A stretch of DNA of 47,436 nucleotides, from contig JAGWDQ010000084.1 in NCBI GenBank assembly GCA_018260615.1, forward strand, positions 1-47,436. The letters are read 5' to 3'. Below, in pieces: positions 35,190 through 46,813 of this stretch. The position numbers were made by a program, and so were the translations under genes. Under the pieces are notes generated by a model, which worked only from the letters and a program-made list of their open reading frames with translations, did not search any database and was not told the origin of the DNA. The DNA is from Candidatus Altarchaeum sp. Lineage in GTDB: Archaea > Altiarchaeota > Altiarchaeia > Altiarchaeales > Altiarchaeaceae. Positions within the stretch are counted from its first letter, which is position 1. Each line of letters starts with the position of its first letter.

Positions 35190-35873
35190 TTGGAGATGAA
35201 TACAAAATATCTGACCGAAGAAAGAAAATACCGGGAAATTTTAAATTTAAATCCGTTTAATGCAGATGCACATTATAATTTTGGAAATGTGTTGTTTGCG
35301 GAAGAAAAATTTGAAGAAGCGGAAAAGGCATACGCAGAAGCAATAAGAATCAATCCGAAATTTGCAGATGCCCACAATGCTATGGGAAAATTATTGCAGA
35401 CCTATGCCGAAAAGCCGAGAGTGAAATATCTCACCGAATGGAATTCGGAAATCATACTTCCCGATCCGAAAAAATTTTCAGAAGCGGAAAAAGAGTACCG
35501 AAAAGCGATAGAAATAGAGCCGTGTTATGTTGAAGGTCATAATAATCTGGCAAATTTGCTTTTTAAATTAGGACGGCTGGAAGAAGCAAAGAAGGAATAT
35601 GAAGAAATTTTAAAAATTTTGCCAAATTTTGCCGAGGCACATTTTAATCTGGGATTTATATTGTTTAATAAGGGAAATTTTGCCGAAGCAGAGAGCGAAT
35701 ACAGAAAAGCGATATCAATAGAGGAAAATTTTGCAGAGGCGTATGAAATGTTAGGTGCTGTTTTACTTAAAACCAAAAAGACGGGAGAGGGATTAAGATG
35801 TTTTGACAGAGCGGTTTTCTTAAAGCCGGAATTAAGGGAAGAAATTGAGGAAATTAAGAGAGGGATGATGTAA
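35190..35873 (+). CDS. TPR-repeat protein
   Basis: Repeated AHYN.G/AHNNLA...EEA.KEY..AI patterns. Confidence 0.85.
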   Translation: MEMNTKYLTEERKYREILNLNPFNADAHYNFGNVLFAEEKFEEAEKAYAEAIRINPKFADAHNAMGKLLQTYAEKPRVKYLTEWNSEIILPDPKKFSEAEKEYRKAIEIEPCYVEGHNNLANLLFKLGRLEEAKKEYEEILKILPNFAEAHFNLGFILFNKGNFAEAESEYRKAISIEENFAEAYEMLGAVLLKTKKTGEGLRCFDRAVFLKPELREEIEEIKRGMM

Positions 35874-35933
35874 ATTTAATTTAAATTGGAAACAAACATA
35901 ATTTATTAAAATTTAAAAATTTAAAAAAGCAAA

Positions 35934-36992
35934 ATGTCAAACAAATATATTGTTCCGATAGGGGTCTTAATTGCAGCAGTCCTGATAAGTGTGGGGGGAT
36001 TTTTAATTTTAAATCCGTATCAGCCGGGTTCACCTGATAATGCACCGGATAATGATTCGTATGTTGAACCTTCGGAAGGTGAAGCACATTCATTTATGCC
36101 GGAATTAAAGGTAACAGAAGATGCATCAAAACAGAATGCCGATGTTCCGCTCAAGGTTGGAAAAAAGTATGAATACAAAACAACAATGCAAAATACTTAT
36201 GAAGATATGGAGTGCAAGACAAAAGAAAGCGAAGAAGAGTATTACAGAAGAATGCAGATGTATTATAGCGGGATGGATGAAAAGGGCAATAATAATTTAA
36301 CACAACCCGAACTTCCGCCGGGATGCGAACGCAAGAATAAGACAACTACAACAAGTAGCACAACAGAATACAATGTTGAAAAGACAGAAAGGGCTGAAGG
36401 AAAGGATTGTTATGTTGTTAGCGTAAAGCCAAAACAGGATATGGAAGAAATAAAAAAGAGCATAAGAGAATATAAGAGTGATGCAAGTGAAGAAGAAATT
36501 GAGAAAATGGCAGAACAACAGAAAGCGATGGCGGAACAGCAAACGACAACATATTATTACGACAAAGAAAACGGGAAGATAATTAAAATTGTGATGAAAA
36601 TGGGAAATACCGAAATGACCTATACGGAGGATTTGGCAAATGTTATGTCAACTATGATGGGGATGTATATGGGATTTCCTGTGCTCAGCCAGTGGATGCT
36701 CGCATTAGATGAAAATTTCAGATGGATTCAGACCATAGAAGAAAAAGGAGGGGAGAAACACAAAGCAGAAATAGAGTATAAATTTGTTGAAACTGAAAAG
36801 GCAAACAACAGGGAATGTTTTAAGGTTGAAATAACACTCAAAGATAAATCGTCTGTAAAATCAGAAGGGTATAGTTCAATGGATATGAAAACGATTGTCT
36901 GGATAGATAAAGAAAAAAGAATTTTGGTTAAATCACAGACAAAAGCAGAAGGTCTAATGACTTCTGAAACAAATTTAATTCCCGAAAGTTAG
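35934..36992 (+). CDS. Membrane-anchored hypothetical protein, paralog 1 of 3
   Basis: MSNKYIV + TM; QWMLALDENF.W; VWIDKEKRILVK. Confidence 0.65.
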   Translation: MSNKYIVPIGVLIAAVLISVGGFLILNPYQPGSPDNAPDNDSYVEPSEGEAHSFMPELKVTEDASKQNADVPLKVGKKYEYKTTMQNTYEDMECKTKESEEEYYRRMQMYYSGMDEKGNNNLTQPELPPGCERKNKTTTTSSTTEYNVEKTERAEGKDCYVVSVKPKQDMEEIKKSIREYKSDASEEEIEKMAEQQKAMAEQQTTTYYYDKENGKIIKIVMKMGNTEMTYTEDLANVMSTMMGMYMGFPVLSQWMLALDENFRWIQTIEEKGGEKHKAEIEYKFVETEKANNRECFKVEITLKDKSSVKSEGYSSMDMKTIVWIDKEKRILVKSQTKAEGLMTSETNLIPES

Positions 36993-37030
36993 GACTAAAC
37001 TTTTGATAAAAATTTAAAAAAATTTATAAA

Positions 37031-38035
37031 ATGTCAAACAAATATATTGTTTCGACAGGGGTTTTAATAGTAACAATATTAATAATTGTTGGTGGTTTTT
37101 TAATCTTTTCTCCTTTATATCAAGGCGAAGATGATAAAAGAAATATTAGCAATAATGACTCTTATTTTGAACCGGTAGTAAGCAACGCACATCTGCCAGC
37201 ACTTGTAGTGACAGAAGCGGAATTAAAGCCGAATGCAAAAGTTCCGTTTGCTGTTGGAAAGAAATATGAATATAAAACCATAGCACAAGCATCATTCGGA
37301 GTGGCTGATTGTAAAGAACCTCAGGAAATTAATGGACATTTAGAAATTGTTGAATCAACTGCTATTTATACGAATATGGATGGAAGTGAAAAATTACCTG
37401 AGGGTTGTGTAATGAAGAATATGACCTCCACACAAAAGGCCAATGTAGAGTTTTATGTTAAAGGAATAGAAAGAGTTGAAAATGAGGATTGTTATGTTGT
37501 TTCTGCTAAAATAGAACAAGAAACTCCTGCAGGACAAGATACATCAGAAAAGGGAAATATGAAATCTTATGACATATCAAGTGGAATGATGGAGCAACAA
37601 AATATGACTTATTATTACAATAAAGAAACAGGAAAGATGATGAAAATTGTAATAAAAAATAGAAATACTGAGACAACCTATACAAAGGACTTGGCAAATG
37701 CTATGCTAACTACGCAAGGTGGGAATATGCCATTCTTAGTGTTCAGTCAATGGATGCTCTCATTAGATGAGAATTTTAACTGGATTCAAACAAAAGAAGA
37801 TAAAGAGTGGGGGCATAAAGCTAAAATAGAATACAAAGTGGTCGGTGTTGAAAAAATAAACAATAAGGACTGCTTTAAGGTTGAGATAATGACCAAAGAT
37901 AAATCCTATTTGAATATAACAACAGAAACAAAAATGACGATTTGGGTAGATAAAGAAAAAAGAATTTTGGTTAAGGCAGACGAAAGAGAAGAAGGTAGTG
38001 TGACCGCAGAAACAAATTTAATTTCCGAAAGTTAG
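37031..38035 (+). CDS. Membrane-anchored hypothetical protein, paralog 2 of 3
   Basis: Same terminal motifs as paralog 1. Confidence 0.65.
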   Translation: MSNKYIVSTGVLIVTILIIVGGFLIFSPLYQGEDDKRNISNNDSYFEPVVSNAHLPALVVTEAELKPNAKVPFAVGKKYEYKTIAQASFGVADCKEPQEINGHLEIVESTAIYTNMDGSEKLPEGCVMKNMTSTQKANVEFYVKGIERVENEDCYVVSAKIEQETPAGQDTSEKGNMKSYDISSGMMEQQNMTYYYNKETGKMMKIVIKNRNTETTYTKDLANAMLTTQGGNMPFLVFSQWMLSLDENFNWIQTKEDKEWGHKAKIEYKVVGVEKINNKDCFKVEIMTKDKSYLNITTETKMTIWVDKEKRILVKADEREEGSVTAETNLISES

Positions 38036-38073
38036 GACTAAACTTTTGATAAAAATTTATAAAAATTTAAAAA

Positions 38074-39099
38074 ATGTCAAACAAATATATTGTTCCGATG
38101 GGAATATTGGTTGCGGCAATTTTGATAAGTGTAGGAGGATTTTTAATTTTTAATCCACACACCACTACAACACCTTCTGAACCGGATAATGAATGTTATA
38201 TTGAAGAAACACAAAATTTTATTCCCGATGTTAAAATTCAGCAGGGAGAACTTAAAAGAAATGCCGATTTGCAATTAAAGATTGGCAACAGATACAGATA
38301 TGAATATAATATAGCATATCCTTTAAACCTGACGTCTGCTCTCGTCGGAGGAAGCAACGGAACATCGGGAAAGACCCAAAATACAGTTATGAAAATGTCC
38401 GGAAGCGTGGATATTGTGGTTGACAGGAAAGAAAGATATAATAAAAGTGATGTTTATGTTTTGAAATACACATCAACAATGAAATTTGAAAATATGGAAG
38501 AATTGATGATGGCGGATAAAAATGGGAAGGCAATGACACAGCAGGAAATGCAGCAGATGAATATGTTCAAAGAAGGAATAAATACAAGCGGAGAAACGTG
38601 GATAAATAATGACGGAAAAACAGTAAAAACAATAACAAAAATGTTCGGAATGGAGATGACAATAGAAGGCGAAAAGGCAGAAGGCGGCGGTACGATGGGT
38701 GGAGTTAGCCCAAGCATGATGATTCAACCGTGGATGCTCGCATTGAATGAAAATTTTGAATGGACTAAAAACACAACTATGGATATGAGCGGCTTTAAAA
38801 GCACAAGCAGCGAAACTATGGATATGAGCGGCTTTAAAAGCACAAGCAGCGAAAGATATAAAGTTGTCGGTGTGGAAGAAATTGATACAAAAAACGGAAA
38901 GAAAAAGTGTTATAAAGTAGAGCAGGAATCTGCAAGCAGTATGGATATGTCAGGAAAATCCGGAGGTACTACTAATACCAAAATTTCAGCAAGAAGTATT
39001 TTATGGATTGATTATAATAACCGAATATTAGTCAAAACAGAAGAATGGATGGAAAATTTAAAAATCGGAAGTGTTGAGTTAGTTGATGAAAAAATTTAA
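38074..39099 (+). CDS. Membrane-anchored hypothetical protein, paralog 3 of 3
   Basis: Same motifs; exact 39-bp internal duplication 38776-38853 (TMDMSGFKSTSSE x2). Confidence 0.65.
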   Translation: MSNKYIVPMGILVAAILISVGGFLIFNPHTTTTPSEPDNECYIEETQNFIPDVKIQQGELKRNADLQLKIGNRYRYEYNIAYPLNLTSALVGGSNGTSGKTQNTVMKMSGSVDIVVDRKERYNKSDVYVLKYTSTMKFENMEELMMADKNGKAMTQQEMQQMNMFKEGINTSGETWINNDGKTVKTITKMFGMEMTIEGEKAEGGGTMGGVSPSMMIQPWMLALNENFEWTKNTTMDMSGFKSTSSETMDMSGFKSTSSERYKVVGVEEIDTKNGKKKCYKVEQESASSMDMSGKSGGTTNTKISARSILWIDYNNRILVKTEEWMENLKIGSVELVDEKI

Positions 39100-39121
39100 A
39101 ACCTAAATTTAAAATGTCGGA

Positions 39122-39607
39122 ATGCCTTTAACTCCTTTTCATATCGGTATTGGACTTGCATTGGGAATGCTGTTGTTCAGATATATAAATTTACCGGCAG
39201 TTTTGCTTGCGGGCGTTATTGTTGACATTGAGCCGATATATTGCATGTTTATCGGAAATTGCCAGTTGCACGGATTTAGCCATACATTTATCGGAGGGAC
39301 TTTATTTGCAATTGCTGTTATTATTATAATTGTTGCATTGCGGACACATCTGAGCAAAATTTCAAAAATTTTTAGGGTTGAGCAGGATTATTCGTTAAAA
39401 TCAATCGTTCTTGCATCATTTGTTGGAGTTTACGCTCATTTGGTGCTGGACTCATTTATGCACGGCGATATGAATCCGTTCTGGCCGATAGAAGGAAATC
39501 CTTTATTGGGAATGATAAGTAATTCGTTATGTCTTGATTTATGTATTGCCGGATTTTTTGCCGGAATAGCAATTTACATATTTCACCTATTAAAGAATAA
39601 AAAATGA
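39122..39607 (+). CDS. Membrane-bound metal-dependent hydrolase-like protein
   Basis: MPLTPFH, VIVDIE, HGFSHT, HLVLDSFMH..PFWP. Confidence 0.7.
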   Translation: MPLTPFHIGIGLALGMLLFRYINLPAVLLAGVIVDIEPIYCMFIGNCQLHGFSHTFIGGTLFAIAVIIIIVALRTHLSKISKIFRVEQDYSLKSIVLASFVGVYAHLVLDSFMHGDMNPFWPIEGNPLLGMISNSLCLDLCIAGFFAGIAIYIFHLLKNKK

Positions 39608-39679
39608 AAATTTAAACTTGAAATTTTAAATTTAAATCACCTCACTTCGTTCGGAGATTTCAAAAACATCGTTTTTAAA

Positions 39680-40273
39680 ATGGACATCTTATTTCCCGGA
39701 AGGTTTAGCATTTTAACAAAAGTTCACGAAGGCGTAATCAGGCACATATCAGATAAGTATGTTGCTGACGAAGGAAAATTGTATATTGGCTTACGAATAA
39801 TTATTGATGAAAACTGGACAAATTACGACAATCCTTTTACTTATGACGAAAGAAAAGAAATGTTCAATATTGTTTTTGGCAAAGAGATTGCAAACGGAAA
39901 ATTTTGTGTTGTTCCAATTAGTTATAATCCTTTATCTTTACATCAGGATATAAACAAACATTGCGAAGGTAAAGTTACCATATATACACGGGAGAAAACA
40001 TGGGCAGTATGCTGTAAAATTTTGGGCGTTCCGACAATATATGAAAACAGGGAGGGATTTTCAGCAACAAATATAAAGGAAAAAATTTATGAAATTTTAA
40101 AAAAACAAAACAAATTGCCTGTGTCTATAGATGGAATTGATGACAAAATATTAAATTTTATGAATAATGAACAAATACTAAATCGCCTGAAAAATTTTGC
40201 CGCTCATCCTGATAAAAACAAAGATAAATTTGGAATAAATTACAGATTAAGAAAAATTTTCCTGTTTAAATAA
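39680..40273 (+). CDS. Cytidylyltransferase-like (NMN adenylyltransferase-like) protein, divergent
   Basis: FPGRF..LTKVH (HIGH-like), NPFTYDERKEM, SATNIKE. Confidence 0.55.
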   Translation: MDILFPGRFSILTKVHEGVIRHISDKYVADEGKLYIGLRIIIDENWTNYDNPFTYDERKEMFNIVFGKEIANGKFCVVPISYNPLSLHQDINKHCEGKVTIYTREKTWAVCCKILGVPTIYENREGFSATNIKEKIYEILKKQNKLPVSIDGIDDKILNFMNNEQILNRLKNFAAHPDKNKDKFGINYRLRKIFLFK

Positions 40274-40276
40274 AAA

Positions 40277-41161
40277 ATGGTTAAAGATACTTGCGGAAGG
40301 GAAATTACACACATACGACTTTCGGTTACACAGAAATGTAATTTAAATTGTCTTTATTGCCACAGAGAGGGCGAGGGCGATAAAAATGGATGTGATAAAG
40401 AAATTTCGGTTTCGGAAATAAAAGGAATTATGGGGGCAGCATCAGAATTGGGAATAAAAAAGGTCAAAATAACAGGTGGAGAGCCGTTATTAAGGAACGA
40501 TATTGTTGAAATTGTAAAAGAAATCTCAGAAATTGAAGGCATTAAGGATATTTCAATGACAACAAACGGATTTTTTCTGGCTCAATTTGCTCACCGGTTA
40601 AAAAACAACGGGTTGAACAGGATAAATATCGGCTGTGATTCACTTTCATCAAGCATTCTTCAAAAAAACATAGGAAATATAGAAAAGGGTCTGAAAAGTG
40701 CAGAGGACGCCGGATTAAACCCACTCAAGATAAATATGGTCGTGCTAAAAGGCATAAATGAAAATGAAACAGGCAAAATGCTCGAAATTTCAAAAAAATA
40801 CAACGCAATATTGCAGTTAATAGAACTTATTCCGACAAATAAATTTTTCTTTGATAAATTTTTCTTTTCGCTTGAAGGTATTGAGAAGGAACTTGAAAGA
40901 AAGGCAGACAAAATTTTTGTCAGGGATGTAAATTTCAGGAAGCAGTATTTTGTTGATGGTGCGGTTGTTGAGGTTGTCAGGGCGCATTTAAACCAAAATT
41001 TCTGCAAAAACTGCAGGAAGATACGAATCACAAGCGATGGATTTATAAAGCCGTGTTTAATGAGGGATGATAACTTAGTTAAGATAAATTTTAAGAGCGA
41101 TGAAGAAATTATGAAATCGCTTCTGGAAGGTATAAATAAGAGGGAAATTTATTACAGGTGA
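40277..41161 (+). CDS. moaA: GTP 3',8-cyclase MoaA
   Basis: RLSVTQKCNLNCLYCH, ITGGEPLLR, FCKNCRKIRITSDGFIKPCL. Confidence 0.9.
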   Translation: MVKDTCGREITHIRLSVTQKCNLNCLYCHREGEGDKNGCDKEISVSEIKGIMGAASELGIKKVKITGGEPLLRNDIVEIVKEISEIEGIKDISMTTNGFFLAQFAHRLKNNGLNRINIGCDSLSSSILQKNIGNIEKGLKSAEDAGLNPLKINMVVLKGINENETGKMLEISKKYNAILQLIELIPTNKFFFDKFFFSLEGIEKELERKADKIFVRDVNFRKQYFVDGAVVEVVRAHLNQNFCKNCRKIRITSDGFIKPCLMRDDNLVKINFKSDEEIMKSLLEGINKREIYYR

Positions 41162-41190
41162 TAAATAAAGGATGAAAATTTTATACAATT

Positions 41191-43413
41191 TTATAATATA
41201 TAATTCTGCTTTTCTTTTTCCTTTTCACTCATCTTATTATCAATATTCTGATAATATTCCGCTACATTCTTCGGAATTGATGGTGCAATCTTTTTCATTG
41301 CGTCTTCAAAATGTTTCATACACACGATATTTGCATTTATATTTTCTCTCAAAGCATTTAGACCTGCTTCCCTGCATAAATTTTCAATATCCGCTCCCGT
41401 AAAGCCATCCGCCTTTTCATTCAGTAAATCAATATTTACATCATTTGCAAGCGGCATTCTTTTTGTATGAACATTAAATATGCTTTTTCTTGCTTCTTTA
41501 TCAGGAAGATGCACTAAAATTTTTGCCCCTAATCTTCCCGGACGGAGTAATGCGGGGTCTATTATATCCAGCCGGTTTGTTGCTGCTATAACGAAAACCT
41601 CATCTAATGGTTTCATTCCGTCAAGTTCTGTTAAAATCTGATTTACAATAGTTCTTGATATACCTCCGGTGTCCGACGCATAGGATGTTCTGACAGATGC
41701 CATTGCGTCAAATTCATCAAAGAAAATTATACACGGGGAAGATTGTCTTGCCTTTCTAAAAATTTCCCTGATGCCTTTTTCTGTCTCTCCAACCCACATT
41801 GAAAGCAATTCCGGGCCGTTTATGACTATAAAATTTGCTTCGCTTTCCGTTGCCACTGCCTTTGCGAGCATCGTTTTTCCTGTTCCGGGAGGGCCATAAA
41901 GTATGATTCCTTTCGGAGGACTTATTCCGATGTTTTTAAATGACTCGGGATGTGTTAGCGGCCATTCTACCATTTCCATTAGTCGCTGCTTTATATCTTC
42001 CAGTCCCCCGATGTCGCTCCATTTTATATTGGGTTTTTCAATCAGCACTTCCCTCAATACAGACGGCTGAACATTTTTCATTGCATCAAGAAAGTCCTCT
42101 TTTTCTATATTTAGGTTATTCAAAATATCTATGGGAATTTCAAAACTTGTTTTTGTTTCCATATCAATTTTTTGAAGCACCCCCGACCTTCTTAATGCCG
42201 CCATCGCTGCCTCTCTGCACAACGCTGCAATGTCTGCTCCCACAAAACCATGAATTGTTCTTGCTACCTCATCCAAATCAATATTTTTTGACAGAGGCAT
42301 ACCTCTTGTATGAATGGTTAAAATTTCTTTTCTTCCGGCAGTGTCAGGCACGGAAAATTCTATTTCCCGGTCAAATCTTCCCGGTCTTCTTAATGCAGAA
42401 TCAATATCATTTTGTCTGTTAGTTGCTCCGATAACCACAACATTATTTCTTGTGGCTAATCCATCCATTAATGTTAAGAGTTGTGCAACAACCCTTTTTT
42501 CAACCTCTCCTCTTACTACCTCCCGCTTTGGAGCTATGCTGTCTATTTCATCTATAAAAATTATTGACGGTGCTTTTTCATCTGCTTCTTTAAAAATATC
42601 CCTTAATTTCCTTTCTGACTCGCCATAATACTTATCAATTATTTCGGGACCATTTAGACATATAAAATTGGCCTTTGTTTCATTGGCAATTGCCCTGGCG
42701 AGCAATGTTTTTCCGCTTCCGGGAGGGCCATAAAATAAAATTCCCCTCGGAGGGTCAATTCCTAATCGTTTAAACACTTCGGGATATTTAAGGGGAAGTT
42801 CTATCATCTCTCTTATCTTTCGGGTTATGTTCTTTAAGCCGCCAAGATCTTCATAAGATACGCCTTTCACAGCACCTTTTTCCTTCAACAAATATGCTTT
42901 TGAATCATAAGTGATTTCTACAATCGTATAGTCCGAACACATAACAAAACCCTGCGGAATAATTTTTACAACAACAAGGTTTTTCCACACACCCAGGCCA
43001 ATGGATATCGGCAGCAAGTCCCCCTCGCCTAACGGAATTCCTGTATTTTGCAGATACTGTTTAATTAAATTTGTTGCATTTTTTGAAAATGTCTCATTAC
43101 TTTTTACAGGTGCAATTATTATGTGATCCGCATCTTTTATATCTGCTTTTGAAAGAGCAACTTTTTCGCCTATAGAAACGCCGGTATTTCTCCTGACCCA
43201 CCCGTCCATTCTTATAATTTGCTTTCCGTAATCCTCATAATGCAAAGGCAGGGAAATTGCAACAGAAGGATATTTTCCGGTTATCATAACTGCATCGCCT
43301 GAGATGATATTGAGAAATTTCATAGTAATATCATCTATTCTAACCTTGCCTCTTCCGACATCTCCTGTCATGGCTTCTTCAACAATCAACGATATCTTTG
43401 CTTTTTCATCCAT
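41191..43413 (-). CDS. cdc48: CDC48/VCP AAA+ ATPase
   Basis: Two AAA modules ([16 protein letters not shown]; IFIDEID, IFFDEFD; [15 protein letters not shown]). Confidence 0.93.
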   Translation of the reverse strand: MDEKAKISLIVEEAMTGDVGRGKVRIDDITMKFLNIISGDAVMITGKYPSVAISLPLHYEDYGKQIIRMDGWVRRNTGVSIGEKVALSKADIKDADHIIIAPVKSNETFSKNATNLIKQYLQNTGIPLGEGDLLPISIGLGVWKNLVVVKIIPQGFVMCSDYTIVEITYDSKAYLLKEKGAVKGVSYEDLGGLKNITRKIREMIELPLKYPEVFKRLGIDPPRGILFYGPPGSGKTLLARAIANETKANFICLNGPEIIDKYYGESERKLRDIFKEADEKAPSIIFIDEIDSIAPKREVVRGEVEKRVVAQLLTLMDGLATRNNVVVIGATNRQNDIDSALRRPGRFDREIEFSVPDTAGRKEILTIHTRGMPLSKNIDLDEVARTIHGFVGADIAALCREAAMAALRRSGVLQKIDMETKTSFEIPIDILNNLNIEKEDFLDAMKNVQPSVLREVLIEKPNIKWSDIGGLEDIKQRLMEMVEWPLTHPESFKNIGISPPKGIILYGPPGTGKTMLAKAVATESEANFIVINGPELLSMWVGETEKGIREIFRKARQSSPCIIFFDEFDAMASVRTSYASDTGGISRTIVNQILTELDGMKPLDEVFVIAATNRLDIIDPALLRPGRLGAKILVHLPDKEARKSIFNVHTKRMPLANDVNIDLLNEKADGFTGADIENLCREAGLNALRENINANIVCMKHFEDAMKKIAPSIPKNVAEYYQNIDNKMSEKEKEKQNYIL

Positions 43414-43439
43414 TTTAAAATTTCATAATATTAATTCGC

Positions 43440-45032
43440 TCATATACTCATGATTAATGATTGATTTCTTTGAGTTCTGTAGCGTAAACCCGTTGATGCT
43501 ATTGTACAAGTATTATGCAACTCGCATACGGAACATTTTATTGGACTGCTTAATTTCCATAGAGCATTCTTTAGCCATTCATAGGATTTTTTGACGCCTA
43601 TTTTTAAAATATTCACTGCTCCATTCAGGTCAGCATTCCAGACCTTGTTTAAAATTGTGTCTTTGAAAAGTCCTCTTTCTGTTCTTTTTCCTTTGTATAT
43701 ATCTCCTTCCTCCCCCTCTACCCAATTGAGTGGGACTGGTTTGGAAGGAGCGTGATTATCTGCGAGATTTTTTTCCTGAACTTTGTTTATGTTTGCTGTA
43801 ATGCAACTCGTCTTGCTTGTGTATGCTTCATCAACAAAATGTAAAGAAATATTATATTCTTTTGCTTTGTATTTGAAAATTTCAAATAAGGATAAAAAAG
43901 GAATTTGAATGAAATCTCGCTTTACTCTTGTTTTCAATTTGCATTTTCCATTATTCTTTAATTCCGCTAATGTATTAGAAATATACAAATCTGTTACTTT
44001 GTTGATATGTAAATATTCCAACATTCCTTTTGATATTTTATGAAATTGATCTTTAAAATACTTCTTCCTTTCTTCAAACATTACACTTATTTCTTCCTTT
44101 ATTTTTATTCCGTTTTCCGTGTATGTTTTTGGATATTTTGTTCCTGTCTTTGATGCCCCCCATTCCTTTACTTCTTTTGTAGTTAGTTCTGTTTGAAGAG
44201 CGGACAATTCATTATTAAACTTGTTGTTATAACTCTGTAAATCTCCTCCGTTTATTACCAAAGAAGGTGTTTTATTGTCATCAACAAAACAAGAGATAAT
44301 GTTTTTTATTCCAATATCAAGACCGGCATCCTTTTTTGTTAATGAGGTTGTTTCATTTATTTCTTTGTAATAACCTGTTTGTAAATACAAATATCCGTTA
44401 GAATATACTAATTTTGCACTCTTTATTTTCTTTTTTGTTAAATTCAAGCCGTCAGTTATTTCCGGATTTATTATTATATACTTCATTTCGCTATTCAGGT
44501 TAATTCCAAAGACACTCATATTTTCAAGCCTGCAAAGTGAAACACTATGAGCATTATTCAAATCAATTGCATAATTTACTATTTTTGATAGTTTTTTAGG
44601 TTGCGGAGGGTTTGGTTTTTCAGTGAGCTCTTTCTTTTCGTAAGCTTTCAGGAGTTCAAAATAAGAAGTATATGTATTTTTAACCCTGCTAATCAAAGAA
44701 GGGGCATTATTATGACCAACTGCTTTTGCACTTTTTAATAATTCCTGAAAAATAGGATATTGAGAATATTTCTCGGTTATATATTTCTTTTCATTTTTCG
44801 CTTTGCCATCATAATCAAAAAGAACATTCTGCATCAAAAAAGCATTAGTTAAATATCTGAAATCGTTTGTATCTTTTCCTTCTTTAAATCTTTCATAATT
44901 CTCTTTGAGCAAAATAAGCAACAAATTTTCAAATTGTCTGCAAGTAAATAAATAATCCATCGATTCTTTATAAAATCCTTCCGTGCAGATTTTCTCGTTT
45001 AACTGAATCGTAAAAGTTCTTAATTCTTCCAT
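43440..45032 (-). mobile_element. tnpB: TnpB-family RNA-guided nuclease (IS200/605/607 type) without adjacent TnpA
   Basis: RuvC-I GLDIGIKN, VDEAYTSK, RTERGLF, RuvC-III NADLNGAVNIL. Confidence 0.85.
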
Positions 45033-45083
45033 ATTATATACTTTAACATTTTTAATTATTATTCAAAGAAAATATCTTTTGTC

Positions 45084-45230
45084 ATTTTAAATTTCTTATA
45101 GAAATTTTAAATATCCGAGCGTTAGCGAGGTTATTTTAAATTTCTTATAGAAATTTTAAATATCCGAACGAAGTGAGGCGATAGTAAAATCCTTATAGGA
45201 TTTTAATATCTCCGAGCGTAAGCGAGGTAA
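45084..45230. repeat. Three tandem ~49-bp hairpin units (REP/PATE-like)
   Basis: Units 45084-45132, 45133-45180, 45181-45230; stems AAATTTCT/AGAAATTT and AAAATCCT/AGGATTTT followed by CCGARCG..AGYGAGG. Confidence 0.75.
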
Positions 45231-45429
45231 TTATCAATGAAAATCAATATAAGAGCGTATTAATTTTATTTTTTAGTTTAAATTTTGAAATTTATGTTAA
45301 ATTTCCGTTCTACTTCTGTTTATCACTCAACAATGCAGCGTTACTTCCCAATATGAGTATATATTCTACAAATGCTAATTATTATTGTAGAAAATTTAAA
45401 ATATACGAAATTTAAAACACAGAAGAAAT

Positions 45430-46674
45430 ATGAATACAAAAGGAGTAACTCTACAACAGGAGTTTGAGAAAGCAATAGTTGACATGGGATATACCGAGTT
45501 AACTGAAATACAGGAAAAATGTATACCTTTGATACAACAGGGGAAGGATATAATTGGTTTGGCATATACCGGTTCGGGAAAGACCGCAGCGTACGGTTTG
45601 CCCTCACTTGAAAAAATATTACCAAAGGATGGAATACAAATGTTGGTTATTGTTCCTACAAGGGAACTTTGCACGCAGGTTGCAGAAGAATTTAGAAAAT
45701 ATACAAAATACAGAAAAACAAAGATAGTTGAAATATACGGAGGGATGCCTATGGGCTCGCAGGTTGAAAATTTAAGAAGAGGTGATGTAATAGTCGGTAC
45801 TCCCGGAAGGCTTTTAGATCATCTTTCACGGGGAACTTTTGATTTATATGAGATAAAAGTACTTGTTCTTGATGAAGCGGATAAAATGTTTGACATGGGA
45901 TTTGTTGAAGATATGGAGAAAATTATCGCAGAAGTTCCGAAAAACAGCCAAAAGTTATTATTCGGTGCAACAATGCCTGCCGAAATAATGAAGATAGTGA
46001 AGAAATATCTTGATAACCCGGAAAAGATTACTTTAAGACAATATGTAGACAGGACAAAACTTATTCAGAGTTATTACGAAGTGAGCAAAGACGATAAATT
46101 TTCTTTATTAGTCCATCTGCTAAAAAAAGAGCAAACCGGAGCAACACTTATTTTCTGCGGAACCCGAAATTTTGTTGATATGGTAAATACAAATCTCAAC
46201 AAACAAAATATAAATTCGGAGGCGCTTCATGGGGGGGTCTCACAATATAAAAGAAATCAGATCATGGGTGCATATAAGGATGGAAAAATTAATGTTTTGG
46301 TGGCAACTGATGTGGCTGCACGGGGAATAGATGTAAAGAATATAGGCACGATAATAAATTATGATTTGCCAAGAGCACCGGAGGAATATGTTCACAGAAT
46401 AGGAAGAACTGCAAGAGCGGGAACCGAAGGAAAAGCAATTTCTTTACTGACCGGCAGGGATAGCGCGAACATAAGAAGAATTTTCGGAGATAATTTTTTA
46501 TCTGTTCATAAAATGAAAAACCCGCAGTTTGAACATGTGAGCTTTATCATGATGGAAACAGAACACGAACACGGAGGTGATTATCGCAGATCACGAGGCA
46601 GAGAAGGAAGCGACAGGCGGCCAGCGTCAAAATATAAAAGTTTTTCAAGATCAAGAAATAATAAGAGGTGGTAA
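45430..46674 (+). CDS. DEAD-box RNA helicase
   Basis: Q motif, TGSGKT, PTREL, LDEAD, GAT, TDVAARGID, HRIGRTAR. Confidence 0.92.
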   Translation: MNTKGVTLQQEFEKAIVDMGYTELTEIQEKCIPLIQQGKDIIGLAYTGSGKTAAYGLPSLEKILPKDGIQMLVIVPTRELCTQVAEEFRKYTKYRKTKIVEIYGGMPMGSQVENLRRGDVIVGTPGRLLDHLSRGTFDLYEIKVLVLDEADKMFDMGFVEDMEKIIAEVPKNSQKLLFGATMPAEIMKIVKKYLDNPEKITLRQYVDRTKLIQSYYEVSKDDKFSLLVHLLKKEQTGATLIFCGTRNFVDMVNTNLNKQNINSEALHGGVSQYKRNQIMGAYKDGKINVLVATDVAARGIDVKNIGTIINYDLPRAPEEYVHRIGRTARAGTEGKAISLLTGRDSANIRRIFGDNFLSVHKMKNPQFEHVSFIMMETEHEHGGDYRRSRGREGSDRRPASKYKSFSRSRNNKRW

Positions 46675-46813
46675 AAATATAGACGGGCAATCTTTTTTGC
46701 CTGTTATTTTTTAAATTTTTGTTAATTGGTTTTAAATTTTTCCTGAATAACTTGTATGCTGGTTAAATTCCTAAATTTTTAACTCATAAGTGGATTAAAA
46801 TATTGAATTTTTG

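Noticed and set aside
5495-42628. Numerous antisense or shifted-frame ORFs in the track (e.g. 5495-5905, 22466-22987, 31800-32288, 41940-42422)
   Set aside because: Shadow ORFs of well-supported genes, with no motifs.
45084-45230. Possible mini-CRISPR array next to TnpB (Cas12-like system)
   Set aside because: Units are contiguous, with no unique spacers, and match a dispersed hairpin family elsewhere in the window.
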